64,000 bases of DNA from the human T2T-CHM13v2.0 reference genome, Homo sapiens, in assembly GCF_009914755.1 (NCBI RefSeq), contig NC_060929.1. One strand, given 5' to 3'. The translations under genes were made by a program, and so were the position numbers. The notes beneath the pieces are model-generated. The model did no database searches. It saw only the letters and a list, made by a program, of their open reading frames with translations, and was not told the DNA's origin. This document shows, piece after piece, positions 11,640 to 23,869 of this stretch. Each line of letters starts with the position of its first letter. The stretch's first letter is position 1.

Positions 11640-13680
11640 TGACTAACCAGCCACTTGGTAGCAAGTCAACTGCATTGAGCCCATTTTATCCTACAGGAAG
11701 GGCAAGCAGTTCATTCTTAAAATGATAGAAGGCTATTTTCAGCATAGGGTTGCCTTTCCTGCCTGTACAGCCTTACCATGTACCACTATTCTAATACAGA
11801 GGGACAAAAATCTCACACAGTATAGCATTTAACTGAACATCAACATAGCAAAAGAGGTACAGGAGTGGGCCCAGGGCAAAAAGATCCATTGGCCATGTCA
11901 CATACTATGTAATTCAGAAGCAGTAGGTCTTGTACAGTCTTGGTGCAGACTACTGAAGACACAGCCAGAGGCAATGTTCTTTAAGGATGTGGTGTAGTTT
12001 TTCATGATGCAGCACATGTATTAGATCAGATTACCCATTATGAGCATGTCTAGATGGTGCTGTGTCACCGCTAGGAAGAACAAAGGGTCTAGGATTTAAG
12101 AGATAGAAGCAGCAGTGGCCCCTATAACAACTGCTTCCAATGACCTACTTGGGGACTTCATGTTTTCCATTCCTGCAATTCTGGACTCTTTAGAATTAGA
12201 GTTCCTGGTCCTCAAACAGGGCATATTCTTGCCAGAGGACACAAGAAGGATCTCATTAATCTACAAGCTATAGCAGCTTCCAGAACTCTTTGGACTTTTT
12301 GCATCCAGAGATCAGAAGATGAGGAGTCACCACCTTGCCAGGCATAATTAACCCTGATCAGCAAGATAAGGAGGGCTGCTTTTACACAATGAGGGCAGAC
12401 ACAAACACAGGCATATACCATAGAGTGACACTTCAGTGAATGATGGACCACATATATTAGAGTAGTCTCACAAGCCTATAATGGAGCTGAAAAATTCCTA
12501 TTACTTAGTGACATCATAGATGTTGTAAAGCATTATGTTTCATGAGTGATGCTAGTATTAACAAATATGCTGCATTCCCAGTTGTAAAAAGCCTAGCAGA
12601 TACAATTACGTATACAGTTCATAATACTTGACAATGATATTAAATGACTATTTTACTGATTTGTGTATTATACTATACTTTTAACATTATTTTAGGGTGT
12701 ACTTTTTTTACTTATATTTAAAAACTTAACTGTAAAATAGCCGCAGGAAGGTCCTTCAGGAGATATTCGACAAGAAGATATTGTTATCATGAGATGACAG
12801 TTCCATGTGTGTTATTGCACCTTGAAGACAGAAAAGATGTGGAGGTGGAAGATAGTAATATTATTGATCCTGAACATGTGTATACCTAGGCTAATGTGTG
12901 TGTTTGTGTGTTATTTTTAACAAAAATTTCAAAAGTAAAATAAAAAATTCAAAAATAGAAAAAATACTTAGAGAATAAGGATATAAGGAAATAAAATAGT
13001 TTTGTACAGCTTTATAATACGTTTGTGTTTTACACTAAGGGTTATTAAAAACAGTCAAAAAATTAAAAACAAATTTAAATGTTTATAAAGTCAAAACATT
13101 ACAGTAAGTTAAGGTTAATTTATTATTGAAAAAGAAAACTTTTTAAATAAATTTAGTGTAGCCTAAGTCTATAGTGTTCGTAAAGCCTACAGTAGTGTAT
13201 AGTAATGTCCTAGGCCTTCACCTTCACTCACCACTCCCTCACAGAGTCATCCAGAGCAATTCCCATTCCTGCAAGCTGGGTAAGTATCATATAAATGGTA
13301 AGTGCCCTATACAGGTACACTTTAAAAAAAATCTTTTATATCATATTGTTACTGTACTTTTTTTATGTTCACATATTTTACATATACAAAACCACTGTAT
13401 TACAAATGCCTACAGCATTCAGTAGAGTAACATGCTATACACGTTTAGCCTAGGACCAATAGGCTATACCATATAGCCCAGGTGTGTAGTAGCTTATACC
13501 TCTAGGTTTGTATGAATACATTCTATGATATTCATATAACAAAGAAATTGCCTAATAACACATTTCTCAGAATGTGTCCCCATCATTAAGCATTGCATGA
13601 CTATATATGTAGAATCCACATGATACAAGAGGGTACTTTTTGGTACTCACTTGCCCTGTTGTAATTATAAATAAACAGAT
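11640..13680 (+). pseudogene. ERV-L integrase and dUTPase remnants (dUTPase split by a Tigger)
   Basis: KIHWPCHILCNSEAVGL integrase-like segment; dUTPase-like LPELFGL, GVTTLPGIINPD and LLHNEG; resumes after 13603 as LVLTCPVV. Confidence 0.7.
12408..13603 (+). mobile_element. Tigger3b (TcMar-Tigger) non-autonomous DNA transposon
   Basis: tataatggagctgaaaaattcctat, aggtccttcaggagatattc, agtaatgtcctaggccttcac; degenerate TIRs caggcat...atgacta followed by TA. Confidence 0.9.
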
Positions 13681-13967
13681 CAAGGGCTCAGTCCTCTGAG
13701 GATTGAAGGTTTATATAAGTGTACCAGAATGACCACTAAAACCTGCTAAGTTGATGGCTGAAGGTGAAGGAATTTTAGAATTGATGGTAAAGGAGAGGAA
13801 GAATGAGTACTAGTTGTGGCCCTTAGACCAACTACAGCAGAGGGTTGTAGTTTGTCTCACTGCCCTTCCTCATCTAAGTTTCCGTTCAGGAGCTGAGAAC
13901 CATGTATTGGAGAAGGTCCTTGCCCAATAGAAATAGAAAATTAGATCTTCCCAGGGCAAAGGGTAAA

Positions 13968-14310
13968 CTCTATGACCGTGGAGTTGTGTCTTTTAGATTT
14001 CCCTTTAAGATAAGTTGCTGTGAAAGCATAGTTGATTGATAGTCTATAGCAGCCATGGCTTCAAATCCACCCTGGCACTTATCCCAAACTGTGCTTTTTC
14101 TGGGCTTCTCTAAGATGATGACTGGGCATAGCAGTGGTGTTATATCTAGACTTTTCCTGTATGACCCTTTAATGGGCAACTTTTGCTTGGGAACTCTCCA
14201 TTGATCTGGAAGTCTCAGCACTGCATTGCAATTTGAACCTTTTCGCATTTAATCTTCTTTCCTTTCCCTTCCTCACTCATAGACTTCAAACCCACAGTAT
14301 GGTGTGATCA
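13968..14310 (+). mobile_element. 3' LTR, LTR16C-like, 3'-truncated
   Basis: agatttccctttaagataag and taatgggcaacttttgcttgggaactc align to the 5' LTR. Confidence 0.75.
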
Positions 14311-14895
14311 GAAGAGATCAGTAAAGAAAACTACTAAGAAAACTGGCTGATAACTCAAACCCATATTATTTGTGAATCTGAGCTAGAGTTGAGTGATGCT
14401 AACTCATATCTCCATCAATGTTTTAGTTGGTTTATAGTTGATGTCCTGGGATTTTCTGGAGCTGTAATCAAACACCGGAAACAGTACTTGGATTTTGAAT
14501 GGATGTGTTGGGGTAGAAAGTACCTCAGGAGACATTCTTAGAGGGAATTAATCTGAAGAAAACTCTGATTGCAAAATGGAGGTCATGGAAAAGTACTAAC
14601 AATCTTTTGTTGAGTTTACATTGCATCGGAAAATGTCCCATGTGAAAATTTTAAAATATTTTGCACAGCTATGAAATGATGAGAACTTCAATACTGAATT
14701 TACTGCTGTGCCCAACTTTTCCTATTGCCTACACCTAAATATTGAATTCAAAATATAAAAATCCTAAACCACAAAATATATGTAAAGAGTCCCCTTTATA
14801 GTACTGATTTCTCCAAGATTATTGCTACTTTTTAAAATATCAACACTTTTGTTTAAAATTAATTAATTTTCTTGTTGCTCTATTCATGGGCTTAC

Positions 14896-14938
14896 CCTGG
14901 CTGTTGGACAACCCAGAATTGCTGTGTGCTGGTGAAGA
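14896..14938 (-). other. Candidate 43-nt internal exon
   Basis: Minus strand ccttactgatgtggtttcag|TCTTCACC...CAGCCAGG|gtaagc. Confidence 0.25.
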
Positions 14939-15024
14939 CTGAAACCACATCAGTAAGGTACAGTGAGAGTTTAGTATTGATACTTTCATATATAACCTAC
15001 TTTGTTTTATATTCATTTCTACTC

Positions 15025-15066
15025 AAAACAAAAACAAAAGCAAAAAAAAAAAAAAAAAAAAAAAAA
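15025..15066 (+). repeat. A-rich tract / poly(A)
   Basis: aaaacaaaaacaaaagc followed by a long A run. Confidence 0.9.
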
Positions 15067-16602
15067 CAGAGAAATCAGGCTTTCTCACACCACATCCCAA
15101 AGTTGTCTAGTAAATCACTGCATGCAAGTAAAGCATTGTATGCAGGTAATACACAGTATATGCAGATCTTTCTTTAACCTTCAAGTTTTGTATCTTTCTG
15201 ATATTGATCCTGGGAGACAGTTAAAAGAATTTGTCTCATGATCCTCTCATGCACAAGGGGAGCAGAGCAGACTGGTGTTTAGATCAATAAAGATGTCCTG
15301 GGTGTCCTTACCTGTAACAAGTTTTGAACTTATAAGCAGGTGAAGCATAGCAATGTTTCTCATAGAGAGACGCAGATTTGTTAAGGAAGGCATCTCTCCC
15401 TGGCCTCCCATTTTGTATTTGACTACAATGTGTAATTAATCAAAATATTTGTAGGAAGTTTTATGGAATATGGCAAGTGGTGAGTTAAAGGTTAGGGAAA
15501 TGGGAGAGGGTAAAAAAAAGTACAGTACATTTTCTTTTGAATAGAATTTATTATTGAATTGAAAATTCTATATGAAAAGCCCCTATATGCAACTGCTCAA
15601 CAACTATAAAGCTCTTGCAAATTTGGTGTTCAGAAGGCACTCAATAAATATTGATTATTTCTTAACAAAAATAATAAAAACAACATTATAACTAATGCTG
15701 CGTGTTCTAAAACTGTTTCTTAAAAATAACCCATAAACAAACTTCTAGGAGAAAAGTGAAATGCCAGAATAAATGCCCGATTGCCTATATTTAATTATAA
15801 AGGGAGAAAAAAATTGCTAAAAGATAGATTGGAAGATCATACCAGGCTTTTCATGTAAATGAATCATCCTGAAATCAAAGCATGGAAGTGTTCAATATCA
15901 CTGGTATGGGACTATTAAAAGTTACTAGTAATGTTTCAGGATTGTTTAAACTTTTAACCAATCTTAATCCAACAAAGGTTGTAGGCAATCTAAGTTAAAA
16001 ACCACACTCATCCCTGGAATTACGTTAGGACCAAAGCCGTGTTTCCGATCAGCATTTAATGGTTCTCCTGACAATGTATTTGGTTAGAAGAATAAAAATA
16101 TATTAGCATAAAGCAGAACAGGAAAGAGAAAAAATTCCTCTGGAAATAGAATAAATCAGATTTGAGGTTGTCACCACAAATATTCAAGACAAATTTCTCC
16201 TTAATTCTATTTTATATATAAAAAAATAAGACATCATACAGCATTTATGTTCCTGTCTCCCCTGCCAAATTTTTCAAAAGCGTACTTTGGATATTTATGG
16301 TTTGATGAAGTCTAAAAGAAATTGTTTTAATCTTTTTCCTTTTGGTATTAGCAACTATGTGTAATTTCAGAGATACTTAATTCATATGTTTCTAATCCAT
16401 TTGCAATTAAAATTATTTTAAAAAATAACTTTTGAAGCTTTTAGAATTTTTTCCCATGAAGAAAATGAGGTCATGCTTTGCCAAGAAGGTATGAACTTGA
16501 ATATTCAAAAGTTTAAGTTAGGTTTAAAGTTTCAACAACAAGAACATTCACTGGGCTCTCAACTCAATATATAAATAAGTTCTCAGGTTTTCTGTTTCTC
16601 AC

Positions 16603-16657
16603 CTGCTAAACTTCCCAGGGTTATGATGTGAGTCTTAATCAATTGATTCAAGCCTCT
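16603..16657 (-). other. Candidate 55-nt internal exon
   Basis: Minus strand attttgtacctttag|AGAGGC...TTAGCAG|gtgaga. Confidence 0.2.
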
Positions 16658-17524
16658 CTAAAGGTACAAAATATTGGATTTTGTGAAAGGGGGAAGCTAT
16701 GTTTTAAATAAATCTGTCTGTAATCTTTGCGATATAGGAGAGGACACGGTTGCACTTCCGAAGAACAGAGCTGGGCACAAAAATGTAGCCTCTTGAAACC
16801 CATTGGCACCACTTATACTCTCTCCTCAGTTCTAACAGATATTAAGATCTAAGTTCAGATGCATTCCCAAGCCATGTGCACCTCCACCAGTGTGTCCTAG
16901 GAAGCCAACTCTCTCCCAGACAGTGGAGATTCCACAGAAAGTTATCAAAAGCTAGATTCAGATACACTTTGCACAACAAAGTGCTTGTGCTTGATTCTAT
17001 TGAAGCCAGTATTAAATTGGTCTTAGACTATTTGAATAAAAATGAAGCTCATGTTTATCTCCAGAAAGGTTCTGACTCTATTTTTTTTTTTTAATAAGAG
17101 AAACTATTAGCATATTTCTAGAGAATGATCACATAGGCTTCTGACACTGAGGTGGACCTGCACCTGGGTCCAGAGCTGAGCTACACTAGGAGAGTCCTCA
17201 GGCATCTGCACCTCGCCCTTCTGCATGGCCCATATTTCCCTGATTTTTCCAGGGTAGCAGAAGGTACAACAATGGTCTGTTGCCCTGGAAACACTGCACC
17301 GTGGCTAGCCACAGGACTTTCTTGGCTTGCGCTGGGGAGTTGGACAAGCCCTACTTGACTGCTGTCGTTATTAAACACAGGAGGAGAAAATAGTAACCAT
17401 TAAGTGCTTTACAAAATGCCCTACTGTTTATACCCATGTCTGTCCTCCTAGTTGCCTTTAAGGCCCAGGGTTGGGACAAAGTCTATCTTTATTTTATGCA
17501 TTACTGACAGACTAAAGAGAGGGC

Positions 17525-17670
17525 AAGGAGTGTGCTGGAAAGGACACTGGATTAAAAGTCATAAGATTTGGTTTTAGCCACAAACCAGTTGTGTAACCTT
17601 TAGCAAGTTACATAAATTAAGCAGTTCTCAGTGTTTTCATGTGAAAAAAAAATGACCTGGTGATCCTTTG
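17525..17670 (+). mobile_element. MIR-family SINE
   Basis: ggaaaggacactggatt...agttgtgtaacctttagcaagttac...ctcagtgttttcatgtgaaaa. Confidence 0.7.
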
Positions 17671-18022
17671 GTTTCCTTATGTCTGTATAAAAGTATACAG
17701 TTCTGTGTTTCTAAGTGGTGGAAGTGGGGTCAGATGGAGTGACAGAACGTCCCTTACTAACACATGTATCATTTTCAGGGAAAGGTTAGGCTGTGCTCAT
17801 GTCATGCTAAAATTAAAATTTCATCCAATTTCCTGGCGTTTTAATTTCATGAAGGGCAGAATTGGTGCTCCCATGTATATAGATAGATGAGTTGTGGTAG
17901 GTCAGTCTGGAAAAATACTCTGCTTCCATCTGACAGTGGCCATAAGAGATGGGGAAACAGAGGCCAGTCAGTTCATCTCGTGTCAGACTTGAAAGACCGC
18001 TTGTGCATTTATGCTTAAAAGA

Positions 18023-18381
18023 GCTGACTCAGGAGTGCTGTGACAGCCTTTAACTTAGAATTCTCTTATTTTTCTGGATTTCTGTCTCCTTCTTAATGGT
18101 GTTTTAATGCAGTTTTTGTGTTCAATTATAATAGTGTTGCTAAATACAGTAGGTCTGATTCCACAGAAGAAGAATAGTTTTTTCAAAATCAGCATTTTCC
18201 TGCTGATTTGCCAGCTGTTTCAATAAATACTCATCTCCCAACTTCAAACGAGTATATTGCACTCTTACTAAATATAAATGCCATCCACAGCTACTGTATT
18301 CTGGCTTTTGAGTTCTCCACAAAATCTGCACTATGAGGGACCCCTTTCTCAACTATGTGCAGGTGATTTTGCTGACTCAGG
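18023..18381. promoter_or_regulatory. Candidate enhancer with two GCTGACTCAGG (AP-1 / MARE-ARE-like) sites
   Basis: GCTGACTCAGG at 18023-18033 and TGCTGACTCAGG at 18370-18381 in apparently unique DNA. Confidence 0.35.
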
Positions 18382-20066
18382 TGTCCTGAAGAGTAGTCGG
18401 TGTTTGTTTTTCTAGTCATTGCTTCCCAATGTAAATGTCTAAGTATAGGCAGGTGAATTAGAACCTTCTCCTATGGTTTTGTCATCTCTACTAGTTCTAT
18501 CTCTGAACCACAAGAAATGATTAGTCAGGGCAGCCTAAAATTATAATAATAATATCGTATCTATTTTATAACTGTTTTTTAAAATGACTTTGACCTGCCT
18601 GATGAGATAGGATAAAATATGAAATAGGCTGCAAGCATAATTGTTTTTCTTTTGACATAATAGAAAAGTAAGATATATGATTTCGGTATAAGGAGCAGGC
18701 ATTGTTAAAATAAACTAAACTGATAGCATGTATTATATGCAATATAAACTTTGTACTGTTGTACACTAATATAGTAATAACCCTGGCTAAGGACCAGCAG
18801 GAACATAAGACTATATTTTCAGCCACACATTGTTTTTCTCACAGTCCTCATTGAATTGTATGTGTGCATTTTTCTTATTTTTAATCAGCATTACAAGAAA
18901 TACAAGTAATTAAGCCTTTCAATATCTCCTAACAATAGTAAAAAGGCAGCTATAGTAATTGCAGTAAGCATATTTGTTGGTGTTTGTATTTAGAAAAATA
19001 CTAGTTGGTCTTTTATTTGACAGAAACTGAAGCTGGAGAATTGTTACAGAAACAAATGCAATTCAGAAACAAAGTTGCTTCCCTTAAATTTTTTTTGTTG
19101 CAATTCTACACTTTTGAGTAAACATTTCTATCCAAAAGAGCAGTCAGGTTAATTAAAGGAGAGTAGGAATTGCTGGGTTCTTGGGTACTAGCCCCCACTG
19201 TTTGAGCCTTGGATTGATAACAACTCTGTGGTAACTATGTGTCCACCACCACCAGGCTGACAATTTTCCAATCAAACTGTTTTTACCATATCCTCAGACA
19301 ATGAGGAAAATGTGAGGCCCTAAGGTACTGAGCCAATGGCACTGCACTAGCAGACACATGGGTGGCCAAGAGCAAATGGCCAGAAAACACTCTTACTTGG
19401 TAACATGTTGTTTTCACAAAATGACATTAGTAGCCCACCCTGAATTCTTGATCCACAGACTATCTACACATAAAAACCAAGTTGAGAGGGCAAGTAGCCT
19501 GAATGCAAACTACCAGGTATTGACTAGATTTGGCCACTTTTGGTCATTGGTTTTTGTCAAAATAACTGACCATTTAAATGAATTCAATCATTTGCAAAAT
19601 CAGTTTGTGGATGCAGACAGAGCCACAGTCTAACATAGTTGACATTCTTTTCCTTGCAGCTGGAATTAGAAATTAGACACTTTTTTAGACTCTCATCCAT
19701 TCATAGCCCATTTTCTTTGCATACTTTATGGTTTGAGATTTCTGAAATAAATTTTATATGCAAAGTTTGATTTAAAATGTTTTAAATCAATGTAAATGGA
19801 ATTGTTTACAGTATTTTCTACAACTTTTATCAGATGATCATCATACTTACATTAAAGCATACACATTTAGAAACATTCTTCGGTTTAATATGAGGTTTAT
19901 AGATAAAACTAGTTTAGTATAATTGTTACACCTTATCTGGAAATTTTGGTGTTATGATTTGCAATTTAAAGAAGAGTTATCTTTCTGATTGTTTAAAAAA
20001 ATCCTCATTAGAAATTTTGAAATGACTCCACTTTTTAACACTTTTGGATTTATTTATTTTTTATTT

Positions 20067-20195
20067 TTATTTACTCCTTCCACTGGAATGTAAGCTCTTT
20101 GAGGTGGGGGCTCTGTCTATGTTTTTGATAGTTATACACTGACTGCTTAGAGTAGTGCTTGTCCTGCAGCATGCTTCCCTCAAATACATATTATA
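20067..20195 (+). mobile_element. L2 LINE 3' end
   Basis: ccactggaatgtaagctctttgaggtgggg...cttagagtagtgctt. Confidence 0.7.
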
Positions 20196-20209
20196 TTCAG
20201 ACATTTCTA

Positions 20210-21780
20210 AAATTGTATTATGTGCATAATGGGTGCCAAATGCCACGGCAGATTCTAGGGTCGACCACCAAGAAAAATGCAGGCTTTCTGTACAAAAGAT
20301 TCTGACAATCAATAAAAAGAGAGATAAGTGAAAAGATTACTACAATATATTATACTTTGTTAAGTGTAAATATGGAAAGGCGTACATGGAAACACAAAGA
20401 AGTCTTCCAAAAACAAAAATAGGAGAATTATGGAAAATGACCCATAGTAAGTGATGTCTTGGGTAAGATTTAAGACGAAGAAGAATTGAACAAATGAAGG
20501 GGCAACAGAACAATGGCTGGAGGAGTATCCAGGCAACTAACTCTTGAAAGGCCATGTAAACTCAGTTTTTACAAATGGACTTTAATTTAAAGGTAACAAA
20601 TTCAGTAAAAATTGGTTTATAGGAATATGTCATAGAAGAGGTGTGTTTTAGAAAGATTTTTGATTGTCGTGTGGACAATAGGTGGGAAAAACACTGAAAG
20701 AATCCAGTAGGAAATAAAGCAAATTTAAAATAAGCCAATGACTTTGCAGCTGAAGAAACTTAAATGGATTTGAGAAATATTTAAGAAGCAAGATGAAAAG
20801 CATTAAGAGTCTTATGGGTTTAGGGGATGGGGAAGAAAGAGCAAGTAGAGCTAAGGGTAATTCCCAGTATATGGCTTAGAAATTTGGATGGATCATGGTG
20901 TCATGAAATAAGATAAAAAATACAGGACAAGTTGTTTATGGGGGTTGGTGTTTGGGAAGACTCATAAAATTAATTAGGAACATATTTAACTTGAGATTCT
21001 AGGGTCACTCTAAAGTGGAAGTGCCCAGTAGAAAATGAAATACATGTATATGGTGCTAAGGAGAGTGATGCAGGATGAGAGAAGGCGCTTGGAAGTCATT
21101 AACACAGAGATGGAAGGAAGGTCATCAGGGAGAAGGAGAACATGAGAAGAGGGCTGAGGATGGAATCCTGAAGAGCACCAAAACATGAAGAACAACTGTG
21201 AAAAAGAAGAAAACCAAATGAGTATGATAAAATGTGTAACACTAGAGCCCAGTTAGAGAAACAGCAAGAGAAGTACATTTTAAGGGGAATAAAGACAGTG
21301 TCCAAAAGGGCATTAAAATTAGATAAGATGAAGACAGGAAAAATATTGAAAATAAAGATTCTTTCACATTTTGCAATTAGGTGGTGATTGGCCAACCACA
21401 CTGAAATAGAATAGTGCAGTCAGTGGATTGGAAAATAAAGATAAGTTAGTAAGTGAAAGACAGATTCCTTTTTATGGATAGAGTAGCACGTGAAAGAAAC
21501 TGAGTTTAAAAGGCATAAAAGATTTACAGAATAGCATTTTAGTTTTCTCCGTGATTATTTGTTTCAATATTGAATAGACTTAAAAGAGTATAATTAAAAG
21601 AATATTGTCTGTGATTTGGTGGAAGGTGATGGAATCCAGGCCACAAGAGATATTATCAGCACTGAATGGAAGAGAGACAACATTTCTGTGAGATGTTAGG
21701 GAAAGAGTGAAGTGCATGTGGTTGAAGGTTAAGTTGTTGTTGGTGGTGTGGCTCATGGTTTTCATTTTATCTTTGATGTC
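20210..21780 (-). mobile_element. L2 LINE, long degraded segment
   Basis: Purine-rich antisense L2 pattern: ttgaaaggccatgtaaa, gatttgagaaatatttaagaag, gataagatgaagacagg, tggaaggtgatggaatcc. Confidence 0.7.
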
Positions 21781-22084
21781 AGGCTGATGACAGGGGAAAA
21801 AGCTTTAGTAAGTTAGTAATTTTTTGAAATAAATTTTATATAGAACACGATAGTGTCATTCTGGGGTGCATTTTTCAATATAACAGCATAGGTTTAATCC
21901 TACACAAATTAGATATCCTCAAATTTTATGTGTAGTGATTGCTTGTTAATGTCTACAGTCAAGCTCAGTCTTCTCCAGACATATTATCTCGATTACAGTT
22001 TATTCCCACTGGCCACCTACCTGTACGGTACCCCTGGGCAGGAGATGAATGTTAAGATAGTAAGAGTAGGGGAAAAGACAGTGG

Positions 22085-22265
22085 AATAGGTAGTCAACTG
22101 ACTCTGGCTTTGAAACTTGCTTTTCTATTGCTTTGTGGGTGAATATGCCACCACCAGTCTGAGCCTGAAATTCCTCATTCTGTGAAACTGGAACCTGCTG
22201 TATTCACAGAATAATTAGGATGATGAAGAGGGGCCACACACTTAAGATTCCTATACAACATAAGA
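22085..22265 (+). mobile_element. MIR SINE
   Basis: tctgagcctgaaattcctcattctgtgaaactgg. Confidence 0.55.
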
Positions 22266-22589
22266 TATTCTTTTAAAGAGTAGTGTATTTCACAGTAGAA
22301 CCATCTAGATCAACCGTGGCTGATGGTTCAACTATGACTCATTCAACTGATCTTTTAGAATCCATTAGAGACAAATCAATATTTATTCTTGCTGGATAAT
22401 CCTACATTGTGAAAACAACTTTTAACTAAGGTTTATTTTTATTAAAATAAACATTTTTACCAAGGTGCTCTAAAATTTGTAGCAGAACAAATTCAGAAAT
22501 GATAGCCAATTGTCTAAAAACCTTTCATTTTATCATCTTTAATTTACCATTAAATTAAAGTTGCAGTGCAGTCTTTACACCTAGTATAG

Positions 22590-22830
22590 TAATGATTAAA
22601 GTTATGGTCAGAGTTAATTAATTGATGACTCAGCTGTGGCCAAGCACTGTACTAAACACAATGATACTTATAGTAATCTATGAGACTGGAGATTCACACT
22701 TTTTAAAAATGAGAAGTCTGATCTTTAGAGAGATTAGGTAACTTTTATTCCAAAGTCATAGCTAAGTGGATTTGAGCTCAGATCTTTTTGATCCGGATAT
22801 TCATTCTCTCAATCATGGCACTCTCTCTCC
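22590..22830 (-). mobile_element. MIR SINE
   Basis: gccaagcactgtactaaac...aaatgagaagtctga...ccaaagtcatagctaagtggatttgagctcagatct. Confidence 0.75.
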
Positions 22831-22868
22831 CAAAAGCATACTGTACTGGGATCAATCTATATTTATAG

Positions 22869-22896
22869 GTGTGTGTGTGTGTGTGTGTGTGTGTCA

Positions 22897-22941
<45 letters not shown>
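22869..22941. repeat. Compound microsatellite (GT)n-CAT-(GT)n-(AT)n
   Basis: Seen directly. Confidence 0.97.
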
Positions 22942-22991
22942 GACATAAGTAGCATGAGGGAAGCAAGGCTGGGAAGCAAAAAAGGCTAAAT

Positions 22992-23705
22992 GCAGAATGG
23001 CCATTATTAAAAAGTCAAAAAAAAGCAATAGATATTGGCATGGATGTGGTGAAAAGGGAATGCTTATACACTGCTGGTGGGAATGTAAATTAGTAAAACC
23101 TCTATGGAAAATAGTATGGAGATTTCTCAAGGAACTAAAAGTAGATGTACCATTTTATCTAGCATTCCCACTACTGTGTATCTACCCACAGGAAAATAAG
23201 TCTATATCAAAAAGACATCTGCATGCATATGCTTATCACAGCACAATTCACAAATGTAAAGATATGGAATAAACTTAAGTGCATATCAATCGATGAGTGG
23301 ATAAAAAATGTGGTATATACACACCATGAAATATTACTTAGCCATTAAAAAAGAATGGAATAATGTCTGTTGCAGTAAGTTGGATGGAGCTGGAGACCAT
23401 TAGTCTAAGTGAAGTAACTCAGGAATGGAAAACCAAATACTGTATGTTCTCACTTTTAAGTGGAACCTGAGCTATGTCTACACAAAGGGCTATAGAGTGG
23501 TATAATGGACACTGGAGTCTCCAAAACATGGAGGGAGGAAGGGAGCTGAGAGATGAAAAACTATCTATTGGATGCAATGTACGCTACTCAGGTAATGGGT
23601 GCACTAAAATCTCACCACTATACAATTCATGCATGGAACAAAAATCTAGTTATACCCCAAAAGGTATTGAAATAAAAATATATGAAATAAATCTAAAAAA
23701 GAAAA
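22992..23705 (+). mobile_element. L1PB-like 3' end (ORF2 C-terminus plus 3' UTR)
   Basis: cagaatggccattattaaaaagtcaaa; [17 protein letters not shown]; 3' UTR agagtggtataatggacactggag...; A-rich tail. Confidence 0.9.
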
Positions 23706-23869
23706 AACTATGGGAACTAGGAAAAAAATACACAGTTATAGGGTATCCAGCAACTACTACTATCTGGTTGGAGATACTAAATATTCACTCATGAGTTGGA
23801 CTTAAACATATTTACAAGTTAATTATAACCATAATGATATGTGGGATATCATCAAATCTATTAATGTCA

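Larger units (their letters stand above)
6277..14310 (+). mobile_element. Ancient ERV-L class provirus (HERV16/ERV3-16A3-like internal region, LTR16-type LTRs), decayed
   Basis: Two homologous LTRs enclose gag-like, RT, RNase H, integrase and dUTPase remnants in ERV-L order. A purine tract agggcaaaggg precedes the 3' LTR. Confidence 0.85.

Noticed and set aside
15025-15066. Poly(A) as the tail of a processed pseudogene
   Set aside because: No recognisable upstream mRNA-like body or TSD
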